This document shows positions 1 through 8,617 of a stretch of 21,536 nt of DNA, one piece after another (position 1 is the first letter of the stretch; each line of letters starts with the position of its first letter). A program made the translations under genes and the position numbers. Source of the stretch: Promethearchaeota archaeon (GTDB lineage Archaea > Asgardarchaeota > Thorarchaeia > Thorarchaeales > Thorarchaeaceae); assembly GCA_048939765.1 (NCBI GenBank), contig JBHLPF010000045.1, forward strand, positions 1-21,536. Direction: 5' to 3'. The notes under the pieces are model-generated. The model was not told where the DNA came from. It worked only from the letters and a program-made list of their open reading frames with translations, and ran no database searches.

Positions 1-614
1 TTCAACTGTGCACCAGTCTGATGATAGTGATTGTTTGCTCCAGCACCGCCATCATTGACAACAGCAAATCTTCCAATCTCATCAGCCAGAGCGGGGGAAG
101 TTGTCTTTTCTACGATTATTATACTTCCATTCTTTGATACAACTGGCATCGGACATAGTTCAATTCCATAACCAACAAAAGTAATCATCTGAGTTTCAGG
201 CGCTGACCGACCGAGTCCATCACCATCCACAGTCGTGATGCCTGCCCTAGCGGCTAAAGAGAGCATGACTGTGGTGTTCGTGCCGCCAAGCTCAAAGGGT
301 ACAAGATGGTCGACTTTCTTCCCGGTGATTTTCTCAGACATTTTCATTGCCTCATGGAGCTCATATCTAGTTTCCCATGCTTCAAGCATATCACCTATGG
401 AGGTGAATGCTGTCACTGAGCCCATATACCCGCCACAGACAATGAATGCGTCATCTTTGATTTCAGCTGGCGGGGTGATTTCATAAACGCGACCTCGGTC
501 ATAGTCCCAATCCACCATTGGTTTTCCAAAAGTAACGGGATCGCCGCCACCTCCAGTACCTAGTATTCCCACGCCTGTAAGCATGTCATAGGAATTCTGC
601 TTCGTTAGCTTCAC
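1..614 (-). CDS. DUF917 family protein (copy 1), 3' end runs off the window
   Basis: Not in the ORF track. Manual translation from GTG at 614 (GGAGAG upstream; in-frame TTG at 629 is an alternative) gives MKLTKQNSYDMLTGVGILGTGGGGDP...VPFELGGTNT...VDGDGLGRSAPETQM. This carries the DUF917 motifs GTGGGG, PxExGGxN and VDGDxxxRxxPE, which are shared with 2735..3868. Confidence 0.88.
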   Translation of the reverse strand, partial: MKLTKQNSYDMLTGVGILGTGGGGDPVTFGKPMVDWDYDRGRVYEITPPAEIKDDAFIVCGGYMGSVTAFTSIGDMLEAWETRYELHEAMKMSEKITGKKVDHLVPFELGGTNTTVMLSLAARAGITTVDGDGLGRSAPETQMITFVGYGIELCPMPVVSKNGSIIIVEKTTSPALADEIGRFAVVNDGGAGANNHYHQTGAQL

Positions 615-655
615 TGATTCTCTCTCCAATGATTGCCTCTTAGAAGGCTTATGAA

Positions 656-1456
656 TCACTCAGCGTTCCGAGTGCCTTCCATTGAATGAACTACCTTGTA
701 CCAGCGTTGTTTAGTACCAACCTTTGCTCGACGCTTCCAAGACCCTGATTTCGGTTCATCCTCAATCATCTGATGGAGCTTCTTCGCTCTGGACAAAACC
801 AGTTCTTTCTGCTCCTCGGTGATTTCCGGAACAGTGGGTACGAAGTTAAAGAACTTCTTGAGGTTCTCCGTCACAGTATAGTAGAATCCCCAGTCTTCTG
901 AGAGAATCTTGGCAATATACTTTCCATTGACCTGAGTGTCATCATTCTCAGTACTTACATCGTGGGCAAGGAAAGTGATGATGAGGTCCTTCAAGTCCTT
1001 TGCATTGATCTCGACAATCTGTGTCTTCTCGAGGAATAATTCCGCCAAGGGGATCGTAGGCCTATCCACTTCTAGTCGGTTTTTCTTCTTGAAATCAATG
1101 TTATGACAGAATTCAAGCTGATCGTAGAACACATCTACTTTCCGCTCGCGTTCCACATCTATGAACAGATCCCTTAGAGTTGTAGCACGGGCAAACCCGG
1201 GAGGAACCCAGTGGTAGCCCAGTTCATCTCTGAACAGGTTCCGTAGTTTCCTTTGGTGTTTGTAGTAGCTTATGAAGTCAATATCAGTGACCTCTCTACC
1301 CATCTTGATATGAAGGTCAGTATACTCTGGACTCTTCAATCTGAATGCAAGGCAGCCAATCAGTCGTAGTGGAACATCCATTTCAGCTGCTGCTTTCTCA
1401 ATCCGCATTGCTTCCTCCATAAAGTCATCAAGAATTGGACCGTATTTCCCAATCAA
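656..1456 (-). CDS. Nucleotidyltransferase-fold protein (Pol-beta superfamily, AbiEii-like motifs), copy A
   Basis: Motifs LIGCLA...REVTDIDF (Gly plus DxD), third acidic residue in KVDVF, and late K...KDxxD (LEKTQIVEINAKDLKD). TTG start with GAGGAG upstream. Clear paralog of 18007..18777. Confidence 0.8.
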   Translation of the reverse strand: MIGKYGPILDDFMEEAMRIEKAAAEMDVPLRLIGCLAFRLKSPEYTDLHIKMGREVTDIDFISYYKHQRKLRNLFRDELGYHWVPPGFARATTLRDLFIDVERERKVDVFYDQLEFCHNIDFKKKNRLEVDRPTIPLAELFLEKTQIVEINAKDLKDLIITFLAHDVSTENDDTQVNGKYIAKILSEDWGFYYTVTENLKKFFNFVPTVPEITEEQKELVLSRAKKLHQMIEDEPKSGSWKRRAKVGTKQRWYKVVHSMEGTRNAE

Positions 1457-1686
1457 ATCTCTGTGCTCCTCTAGAATTCAAGGGTCTTATTACAATGTCC
1501 GATGTTTCACGTCGCATTAATATCTTGTGACATGGCATAGACTCCACTATTTTCTAAATCTACTTAAGCCGCGAAATGTGTTGCACCATTAAACTTTAAA
1601 CAAGGCTAAACTGTCACATCGACAATCTGTGATGCGTCCAGGACTCTGAGGAGTTCACAACACAGAAACGAGCACGAGGTAATTAG

Positions 1687-2628
1687 ATGAGGATATTCCA
1701 AGCCTGTGACCCACACGGAAGCCAACAGACCTGGGAGAAGATGTGTCGGGCACCGAAGGCGTTCAAAGCAGATGTAGCGATGATGTGCGGTGACCTAACC
1801 GGGAAAGCAATTATGCCGATCATCCAGGAGAAAGAAGACCGATGGTACGCCAACCCCAGAGGACAGAAGAAGACCTTCAAGAAGCAAAAAGACCTTGACA
1901 AGTTTATCAAATTCACCAAGGACGAGGGGTTCTATCCAGCAATACTCACACCGGATGAGTTGGCACATCTTCAGGAGACACCTGGAGAGATCACCAAGCT
2001 CTTTGAGAAGCTAATGGTGGAGAGAATTCAGGAATGGATGGACATGGCAAATGACCGTATACCCGAGGAGATAATGGTCGTTGTGAATCCAGGAAATGAT
2101 GACGACTATGTCATTGATGATATAATAAAGAATGACGAGAGAATCATATATCCTTTACAGAGGGTAGTTGACGTTCATGGATATCCCATGATAAGTCTGG
2201 AATGGGTGAACTCCACACCCTGGAACACTCATAGAGAATGCCCTGATGAGGAGCTGCTCGATAAGCTAGAAGCGGAATTTGCACGCCTTGACACAAATGA
2301 TTACTCAAACGTACTCTGCAACTTCCATGACCCCCCATTCAACTCAGGGCTAGATGTAGCACCTCAGCTGACTGAGGACCACCGCGTGGCGAAGGCAGGT
2401 GCACATGAGATTATGGTACCAGTTGGGAGCAAGTCGGTCCGAGCTGTGATCGAGAAATATCAGCCATTGTTGGGTATGCATGGTCATATTCATGAGTCGG
2501 TTGGCTACAGGAAGATTGGGCGAACGCTCTGCGTTAATCCAGGCTCAGAGTACAGAGAAGGCATCTTGAAAGGATTCCTCATCACCATTGAAGATGGAGA
2601 GGTCCAAGCGGGCAGAGTAGAAATCTAG
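1687..2628 (+). CDS. Calcineurin-like metallophosphoesterase (Icc-related), copy A
   Basis: All five motif blocks are present: CDPHGS, CGDLTGK, PGNDD, FHDPP, HGHIHE, followed by VNPGS. GAGGT RBS before ATG 1687. Confidence 0.92.
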   Translation: MRIFQACDPHGSQQTWEKMCRAPKAFKADVAMMCGDLTGKAIMPIIQEKEDRWYANPRGQKKTFKKQKDLDKFIKFTKDEGFYPAILTPDELAHLQETPGEITKLFEKLMVERIQEWMDMANDRIPEEIMVVVNPGNDDDYVIDDIIKNDERIIYPLQRVVDVHGYPMISLEWVNSTPWNTHRECPDEELLDKLEAEFARLDTNDYSNVLCNFHDPPFNSGLDVAPQLTEDHRVAKAGAHEIMVPVGSKSVRAVIEKYQPLLGMHGHIHESVGYRKIGRTLCVNPGSEYREGILKGFLITIEDGEVQAGRVEI

Positions 2629-2644
2629 TGCTGACTAACAGCAA

Positions 2645-2681
2645 GGGAAGTGCTTTTGCACTTCCTTCATTCTTGTTTTTT
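2645..2681 (+). terminator. Hairpin plus T-tract terminator after phosphoesterase A
   Basis: GGAAGTGC-TTTT-GCACTTCC perfect 8-bp stem (2646-2665) followed by TCTTGTTTTTT, just downstream of the stop at 2628. Confidence 0.75.
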
Positions 2682-2734
2682 CGCTCCATTGGAAATATAT
2701 AGAACCAAACACAATCTCAGTTTAAATCACTTTA

Positions 2735-3868
2735 ATGGGGATCGGGACAATCATGACTTTGATATTGAAAACGAGGACTGATGTGGACGACCTCACCACA
2801 GGATGCACATTCTTTGGAACTGGCGGAGGCGGTTCAAAGCAGCTTGGACTTAATATGCTCTATCCTCACATGGATGCTGGGAAGACAATAGAGATTGTTG
2901 ACGTGGAGCATGTGAAGAATGATGACTGGGTAGCTTGTTCTTACTATTCGGGAACTATTGCGCCTCCTACTCCAGAAATTGAGGAATTGAGAACTCGATT
3001 TCCTTGGAAGTACTATGAGCAAGAACTGGCTGCCGGTCTCAAAGCGCTGGAGGATCACATGGGAGTGAAATTTGCTGCGGTAGCACCCTTTGAGCTTGGA
3101 GGAGTGAATACACCAGCACCAATAGATTCAGCAGTAAAACACGGCATTCCATGTGTTGACGGTGATTATTCTGCAAGAGCTGTTCCGGAGATTTGCCAGA
3201 ACACAGTCTGCATCAAGGGGTTTTCGATGGCGCCCATGGCTCTTATCGATTGGTTTGGTAACAGGAGTATCGTCGAACATGTCATCAACTTTGAGATGGG
3301 TGAGCGAATCTCCAAGGCGCTGAGTGAAGCTGCCTGGGGAAGGTTGGGAAATGTTGCTTTTCCATTGAAAGGTTCGGATTTCCATGATGCCATTATCCCA
3401 GGTACACTGACCAAAAGCTATGAAGTTGGAAAGATGATTAGAGAGAGTCGTGAAACGGGCGATGATCCTGCTGACAAAATCGTTGAGAATGTAGGAGGCT
3501 GGATTCTCTTCCGAGGAGAGGTCGTGGATAAGACCTGGGAGAATCGGGCAGGTTACATGTGGGGTGAAACTAAGATCAAAGGGAGCGGCATAAAGCCCGG
3601 ATCTGAGCTTCGAGTCTGGTTCAAGAATGAAAACCATGTCACGTGGCTTGATGACGAACCTTGGGTCATGAGCCCAGATATCATTGAGATAATTGATGCA
3701 AAATCTGGCGAGCCAATAACAAACACAGACATCAAATCTGGTGACAAGGTCAGTGTAGTCGGAATGAAATCAGAACAGGTATTTCGTAGCACTGAAGGTT
3801 TGAAGGTTCTAGGTCCACGTCATTTTGGTTTTGACCTCGACTACAAGCCCATGGAGGATTTGGTCTAG
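2735..3868 (+). CDS. DUF917 family protein (copy 2)
   Basis: Motifs FFGTGGGGS, PFELGGVNT, VDGDYSARAVPE, FKNEN, SPDII and C-terminal GPRHFG. The start may be the second ATG (MTLILK). Confidence 0.9.
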   Translation: MGIGTIMTLILKTRTDVDDLTTGCTFFGTGGGGSKQLGLNMLYPHMDAGKTIEIVDVEHVKNDDWVACSYYSGTIAPPTPEIEELRTRFPWKYYEQELAAGLKALEDHMGVKFAAVAPFELGGVNTPAPIDSAVKHGIPCVDGDYSARAVPEICQNTVCIKGFSMAPMALIDWFGNRSIVEHVINFEMGERISKALSEAAWGRLGNVAFPLKGSDFHDAIIPGTLTKSYEVGKMIRESRETGDDPADKIVENVGGWILFRGEVVDKTWENRAGYMWGETKIKGSGIKPGSELRVWFKNENHVTWLDDEPWVMSPDIIEIIDAKSGEPITNTDIKSGDKVSVVGMKSEQVFRSTEGLKVLGPRHFGFDLDYKPMEDLV

Positions 3869-3882
3869 GACTTCTGATATAT

Positions 3883-3909
3883 TGACTCGTTTCCATTGGA
3901 ATCGAGTCA
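3883..3909. terminator. Near-perfect palindrome between convergent genes; possible bidirectional terminator
   Basis: TGACTCG-t-TTCC-att-GGAA-t-CGAGTCA lies between the stops at 3868 (+) and 3919 (-). Confidence 0.55.
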
Positions 3910-3918
3910 TCTTTCTTC

Positions 3919-4626
3919 CTACAGCCTGATTTTAACAACGTAGTTTTTCCTGAATCCGCTTGGAACTTTCATAACCTCAATTCCGTTGTAGTCATCGTTG
4001 AAGAATTTGATTAGATTCTTTTCAGGATCCTCACCGCTTTTTCGCATAAGGCTTGAAATATGTTGAATTAGAATCTGGACCCATTTCTTTAGATGACGCT
4101 TTTCGTTGGAAACCAACGCTTGATTCTGTTCCACATAATCGTGAATCAACCATGCGATCTTTCTGTTATACCAAGCTGAAGTTAGCCAGCTGACTAGCAT
4201 CATCGCAACAGCAAAAATGGCGATGGGTACGCCAATAGGAGCTAACCAGTCAAGTTGGAACGCATAGGTAAACAAAAGGATAGGAACAGCAATGGTGAGT
4301 GATGCCATCCCGATGAAAGACATGGCCTGTTTGCGATTCAATGAAGACTCAACACCAGGCACTTTCGGGCCAATGGCTGCAAGCTTAGTGAGAACCCTTC
4401 TCATGGTTCCCCACTGCTGAACGAAGGTCCTAGGCAATTCTCCTTCTCCGACTTTCTTATCGATGAAGCCCAGATCATAGGTTCTTTGGATTCTGTAGCC
4501 ATCCAACACTGTCAATAGATTCTTGCTGAATCTCAAATCCAGATTCGCAGGAGTGAATTGAAATTCGTCAAGCGATACCGAAGATGGCCGCTTTGCCTTT
4601 TTATCATGCTTTTCTCGGTGACTCAT
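3919..4626 (-). CDS. Uncharacterised two-TM membrane protein, copy A
   Basis: Central hydrophobic hairpin (FIGMASLTIAVPILLFTYAF / IGVPIAIFAVAMMLVSWLTS) between soluble N- and C-terminal domains. Paralog of 16251..16943. ATG 4626 is preferred (GAGGA upstream) over the ORF-track GTG at 4662. Confidence 0.82.
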   Translation of the reverse strand: MSHREKHDKKAKRPSSVSLDEFQFTPANLDLRFSKNLLTVLDGYRIQRTYDLGFIDKKVGEGELPRTFVQQWGTMRRVLTKLAAIGPKVPGVESSLNRKQAMSFIGMASLTIAVPILLFTYAFQLDWLAPIGVPIAIFAVAMMLVSWLTSAWYNRKIAWLIHDYVEQNQALVSNEKRHLKKWVQILIQHISSLMRKSGEDPEKNLIKFFNDDYNGIEVMKVPSGFRKNYVVKIRL

Positions 4627-4666
4627 CTTGCTAAGTCCTCTTAACGAGTGGCTCGCGGCCACATCT

Positions 4667-4687
4667 AATTAATGTTTACGATTAATT
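4667..4687. promoter_or_regulatory. AT-rich inverted repeat in a divergent promoter (back-to-back TATA-like boxes or operator)
   Basis: AATTAAT-GTTTACG-ATTAATT lies between the divergent starts at 4626 (-) and 4773 (+). Confidence 0.4.
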
Positions 4688-4772
4688 TGCGGGCATGTAC
4701 CAGCTTGTTTAAGAATGGGCTGTCAGAAAGACCGACTCGCCCTAAATCATGAATCATGGGGATATCTGAAGA

Positions 4773-5741
4773 ATGAGCACATATGACAGACTTCCGGAGA
4801 TTGAATATATTGGCGCTGATCCTTATGACGATAGACAAGAGCTCCAAATCAATTCAGAGCATGCAAGATTCATTCTTCCTCGTGAAAAGAGAAGGAAAAA
4901 GTATCTAGCTACATATGACACCGGTTGGAACGAGGTAATTTCCTTTGAAGTCTGCGAAGTGCATTACTGCAAGGATGATAAAACATGGCCGCTGTATGAG
5001 GAACTTCCTAATGACTTCGAGCCAATTGGGCCCGCCGGGATGCTGTTTCTGTTCTCGATGCCATACGGACGCGCAGTCTTTCCAATCTGGGCTATCTTTC
5101 CTTTGGAAGATGTGGCAACTGTAAAGGAGCTGGTTGAGGGGATTCTTGAACGTCCAAGTCTACCTGGATTGGCACATCATGGTACCGCTGCAGCAGTCAG
5201 ATACATTGTTGACCAGTGCGAGGTCATTGGACGTCATAGGGCGCAATGGTTTGATTGGTCAAAGAGAGGGCGTATGGCTAAACCAAATCCAAAATTCCGC
5301 GAGCGAGGACCCGATTATGTCTTCTGCAGGGAGGGGATGGCAATAGACTTCTACGGTGCTGGTGTGCAACTTGCTCAGATGTCCACGTTCTGGCCTTGGA
5401 GGCTTATTGATGGCATCTTCAATGATCATCATGAGTTCTCGATAAAGTACCAGTGGCATGAGGATGCCTATCAATATCAACAGCAGGTACTCGATAGTGA
5501 AGAGCGACAGAGAATTGTGAAAGATGCGAAAAAAGCGCTTGCGATGTATAGATCCTCAGATGATATTGAGGAGGTACTAACAATCAGACCTAGGTCCTTC
5601 CCTTCGCGGTTTCATAAATCGTGGGATAAGCTGGAAGCATTTTCAAGCAAGGCAAGCAGAAATCGATTTCCGCCCATATACGATTTTGCGGAAGAAGAGC
5701 CCTGGGAATCAGAGGAAAATGATGATAGCGCCATCTCCTAG
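4773..5741 (+). CDS. Hypothetical soluble protein, possibly with tandem PH-like domains
   Basis: 322-aa ORF filling the gap between two genes, with an acidic C-terminal tail and no recognised family motif. Confidence 0.75.
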   Translation: MSTYDRLPEIEYIGADPYDDRQELQINSEHARFILPREKRRKKYLATYDTGWNEVISFEVCEVHYCKDDKTWPLYEELPNDFEPIGPAGMLFLFSMPYGRAVFPIWAIFPLEDVATVKELVEGILERPSLPGLAHHGTAAAVRYIVDQCEVIGRHRAQWFDWSKRGRMAKPNPKFRERGPDYVFCREGMAIDFYGAGVQLAQMSTFWPWRLIDGIFNDHHEFSIKYQWHEDAYQYQQQVLDSEERQRIVKDAKKALAMYRSSDDIEEVLTIRPRSFPSRFHKSWDKLEAFSSKASRNRFPPIYDFAEEEPWESEENDDSAIS

Positions 5742-5779
5742 ATAATGATTCAGTTTCCTTTTTGCTATAGAAGAGCACG

Positions 5780-5819
5780 AAAAAAAAGAGAGAGTGAAGA
5801 GAGCTTGCGGCTCTCTTCA
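5780..5819 (-). terminator. Hairpin plus U-tract terminator of APC permease A
   Basis: TGAAGAGAGC-ttgcg-GCTCTCTTCA perfect 10-bp stem (5795-5819). On the minus strand it is followed by CTCTCTCTTTTTTTT. Confidence 0.78.
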
Positions 5820-5832
5820 AATAATATGCGTT

Positions 5833-7371
5833 CTACTCTGGTGGAAGCTGTCCGAAGATAGCAGACATCTCGATGCCTTTGGCCTTGTTCTTGGCACCGT
5901 AATACATGTAGGCAATTTGACCAATCAGGTATACGATTACTGTGAACCAGACCTCGTAGAGGGCACCACCTGGTACGAATGCTATCATAGAATAGAAGAA
6001 TGCGCCGCCTGCAATCAGACCACCGATGGATATCAGTGGAATGCCCAGGAACTTCCATGCTCCGCTTCGCTCCCATAGCGTTGGCCTGTAGTACGGCAAT
6101 GATACCGCGGCTAGTGCCATCTGCCATCTGATGAAGACGTAGGTGAATGCTACGCCGATCAGGGCGTCGAGAGCAGTGCCTGTCGTAACCACTAGGAAGG
6201 TAGCAAAGGCTACTGTTCCAAGTGATAGAATCAACCAGAAGTACAGTGTAATGTGTGGAACATGGTACTTCGGATGGACACTTGCGAATGCTTCAGGACA
6301 GAACCTGTCCATTGCCATGGAATGCATTGGTCGGGTAACCCACAAGGCATTACTCGGGGAGTCCAAGACGCTAGCATAGATTGGACATAATATCACAAAC
6401 CACGCTAATGGATTAGCTCCGAGAATGACTGCAGCGTAGTTACCAAATCCTGGAAATACGCCTCCAGCAAAGTTGATCCCGTACAGATTAGCTCCCATGC
6501 TTGACTCGACTGCGAAGCCTGACAACAGGAAGAAGAAGGCGATGCCGGCCCATCCACCCAGATTGCTCAGGGGGATGTTTCTGCTCGGCTGCGCCACTTC
6601 ACCTGCCACTGGCATGATGAGGTATGGCCACATACCACCAACAGTAAGAATCAAAGCAGGGCCTACAGCTCCCCAGTCGAAGTTGACATACGCAGAGTTG
6701 TCGAATGCAGCGATTGGTGCCCAGGTACCTGCGCCCATTGTGTTCTCCCATACTGTCTGATTGATGGGAGTCGCTAGCATCACTAAATCTGCAACCAGCA
6801 ACGCAACAATGTTGATGATCCCTAGGATTATCACGAACCAGCCTAGCCATTTCACGCTGAGGTAGCTAAAGATGAATCCTACGAAGATCATAATAGCTGC
6901 TGCAACAAACAGTAGAACTGGATCAGATCCCAGAGCACTTGCTGCTGCAACAAGACCTGTGTTGCCTGTCGCTGTTCCAACAACTGTGAGACCGCCTGCG
7001 AAGATCTGTACCGCGAAGAAGCTTCCAGTGCCTCTAAAGACAGGATTGGTAATTACGGACCGCCAACCTTCCATCACACCAAAAATAGGACTGAGGCCTC
7101 TACCAGTAAAGTGGTAAGAAGCACCAGATCGTGGCATGGCAAGCATTAGACACATCAATGAGATTGCTTCAAAGAAGACAATAGCAGCACCAATAGAATA
7201 CATCGGTACAAGATGCGCACCTGCATACCATGATGAAACCTGAGGTCCAAAGTAGTGGAACCACGGTCCAAGAGTCAGTGCAATTGGAAGAATTAGGGCA
7301 AAGCCCGTACCTACTTCCTTCACAAGGCCGGAGCTTTCACGCACGAATAGGAGTTTTTGTTCCTCGCCCAT
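5833..7371 (-). CDS. APC-superfamily amino acid/amine permease, copy A
   Basis: About 12 or more hydrophobic segments. N-terminal LFVRESSGLVKE, AMPRSG, AGEVAQP, MAMDRFCP..F..VHPKYHVP and C-terminal LPPE. ATG 7371 with GGAG upstream is preferred over TTG 7386. Confidence 0.93.
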   Translation of the reverse strand: MGEEQKLLFVRESSGLVKEVGTGFALILPIALTLGPWFHYFGPQVSSWYAGAHLVPMYSIGAAIVFFEAISLMCLMLAMPRSGASYHFTGRGLSPIFGVMEGWRSVITNPVFRGTGSFFAVQIFAGGLTVVGTATGNTGLVAAASALGSDPVLLFVAAAIMIFVGFIFSYLSVKWLGWFVIILGIINIVALLVADLVMLATPINQTVWENTMGAGTWAPIAAFDNSAYVNFDWGAVGPALILTVGGMWPYLIMPVAGEVAQPSRNIPLSNLGGWAGIAFFFLLSGFAVESSMGANLYGINFAGGVFPGFGNYAAVILGANPLAWFVILCPIYASVLDSPSNALWVTRPMHSMAMDRFCPEAFASVHPKYHVPHITLYFWLILSLGTVAFATFLVVTTGTALDALIGVAFTYVFIRWQMALAAVSLPYYRPTLWERSGAWKFLGIPLISIGGLIAGGAFFYSMIAFVPGGALYEVWFTVIVYLIGQIAYMYYGAKNKAKGIEMSAIFGQLPPE

Positions 7372-7450
7372 TGCGTTCTTCTCCAAATTTCTCTCTCACG
7401 GCGAATTGTGAATCTCTCTCCGTGATGAACCAAAAGTAACGCATTTCCTC

Positions 7451-7497
7451 TATTAAAACCTTAAGGCGCGCTCCTTGGTCATTTCTTAATCAAGGAG
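7451..7497 (-). promoter_or_regulatory. Putative TATA box plus upstream inverted repeat for permease A
   Basis: Minus-strand TTTTAATA at 7451-7458. Inverted repeat CTCCTTG-N13-CAAGGAG at 7471-7497 lies just upstream of it. Confidence 0.45.
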
Positions 7498-7620
7498 TTA
7501 ACAATTTATCAATACCTAATATGTTCATATAATGAGTTGCTAACTGCCGCATCGACTAATGTAGAGCTAATGCACAAATGACGGTCTGAGTCGAATGTAC
7601 ATTCACTCATATGTGGAACG

Positions 7621-8406
7621 CTACTCTTCGCTGGATAGACGCTCCCAGAATTCATCGTCCGGTATCAGAACCTCGACTTTTCTCTCTCTCACACCGGTGC
7701 GGCTCTCCAAGAGAACGTTAAGGCATATCTCAATGTCCATCAAGTGGACAGGAGGTACTGAAACCTTCACATCGGTACCTGCATAACCAAGAGCCTCGTT
7801 CTTTGCCTCAGGGGTAACAACACCATTCGATATGAGAACTCCCTGATTGGCCTTAAAGGTAGGCAGGGCGCCGCGAATTTCAAGTATTGTATCGCGATCT
7901 ATCTTCTCGTCAAGGCGGCATTTCTTTGCATACACAACAACAGGAGACCTCCCTCCATCGTCTCGCCAAGACGTTGTCATGACTATGATGTTGTTGTAGC
8001 GCCGGATAACCTCAGACTTCTCGACTCTGGCTCTGATGTTCAGAAGAATAATCTTCGCCAGTTCTTCAAATCCATGGATGTCAAGATTGGCAATCCTCTG
8101 CCGCATATCTCTGCGAGTGGCTAAGTTGAACTCTTCTGCACGAGAACGAACCTCTCTAATGAGGTCCTCATCAACGGCACCCTCACAGAGGTCATTGTAT
8201 TGATATAGGCCAGGTCGAATTCTAACGAAATAGGGTGGCCTATTGTCCTCTTCGGCTTGTTTTCTTTCAATAGATAGTGATGCAGAAACTGAAGCGGCAT
8301 CACGGCCAAGGGCCTCGGCAATCTTCCTATAATGTACGGGTTCAGTACGTGCGTGTGCGGCAAGCCACTCTTTCAACGTTAGCCGTTGTCCGTTTGTCTC
8401 AGTCAA
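7621..8406 (-). CDS. Winged-HTH (HARE-HTH-like) plus Mrr-like restriction-endonuclease-fold protein, probably inactive
   Basis: N-terminal EPVHYRKIAEAL...ASVSASL...YFVRIRPGLY fits a HARE-HTH pattern. The C-terminal part has an Mrr_cat pattern: FEEL...L, V.AKK, I.E.RGAL...ANQGVLIS.G..T.EAK.EA, V.L.D. Confidence 0.8.
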   Translation of the reverse strand: MTETNGQRLTLKEWLAAHARTEPVHYRKIAEALGRDAASVSASLSIERKQAEEDNRPPYFVRIRPGLYQYNDLCEGAVDEDLIREVRSRAEEFNLATRRDMRQRIANLDIHGFEELAKIILLNIRARVEKSEVIRRYNNIIVMTTSWRDDGGRSPVVVYAKKCRLDEKIDRDTILEIRGALPTFKANQGVLISNGVVTPEAKNEALGYAGTDVKVSVPPVHLMDIEICLNVLLESRTGVRERKVEVLIPDDEFWERLSSEE

Positions 8407-8617
8407 TTAGACCAGCCTTCTTTTCCCCAGTGATGGCAATATCCCTGCTTGATGTTTTGTTCAGCCCTGTTAAGGGTATATCACTCTTGTGCAAGTACGA
8501 AAGCTGCGCCCTGAAAATCCTTGTGGCGGCTAGAACACCTTCGTGCTTAAAGACCGTTCCGTCATACTTAACTTAAACTTTGGCTATCTTGACCTGAATG
8601 CTTGGGAGGTTTACGCA

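Noticed and set aside
656-1456. Classical type IV toxin-antitoxin (AbiE) or CBASS defence locus
   Set aside because: There is no AbiEi-type antitoxin or Cap2/Cap3-like gene and no mobile or defence-island context. The neighbours are metabolic and transport genes. Only the fold-level similarity is retained.
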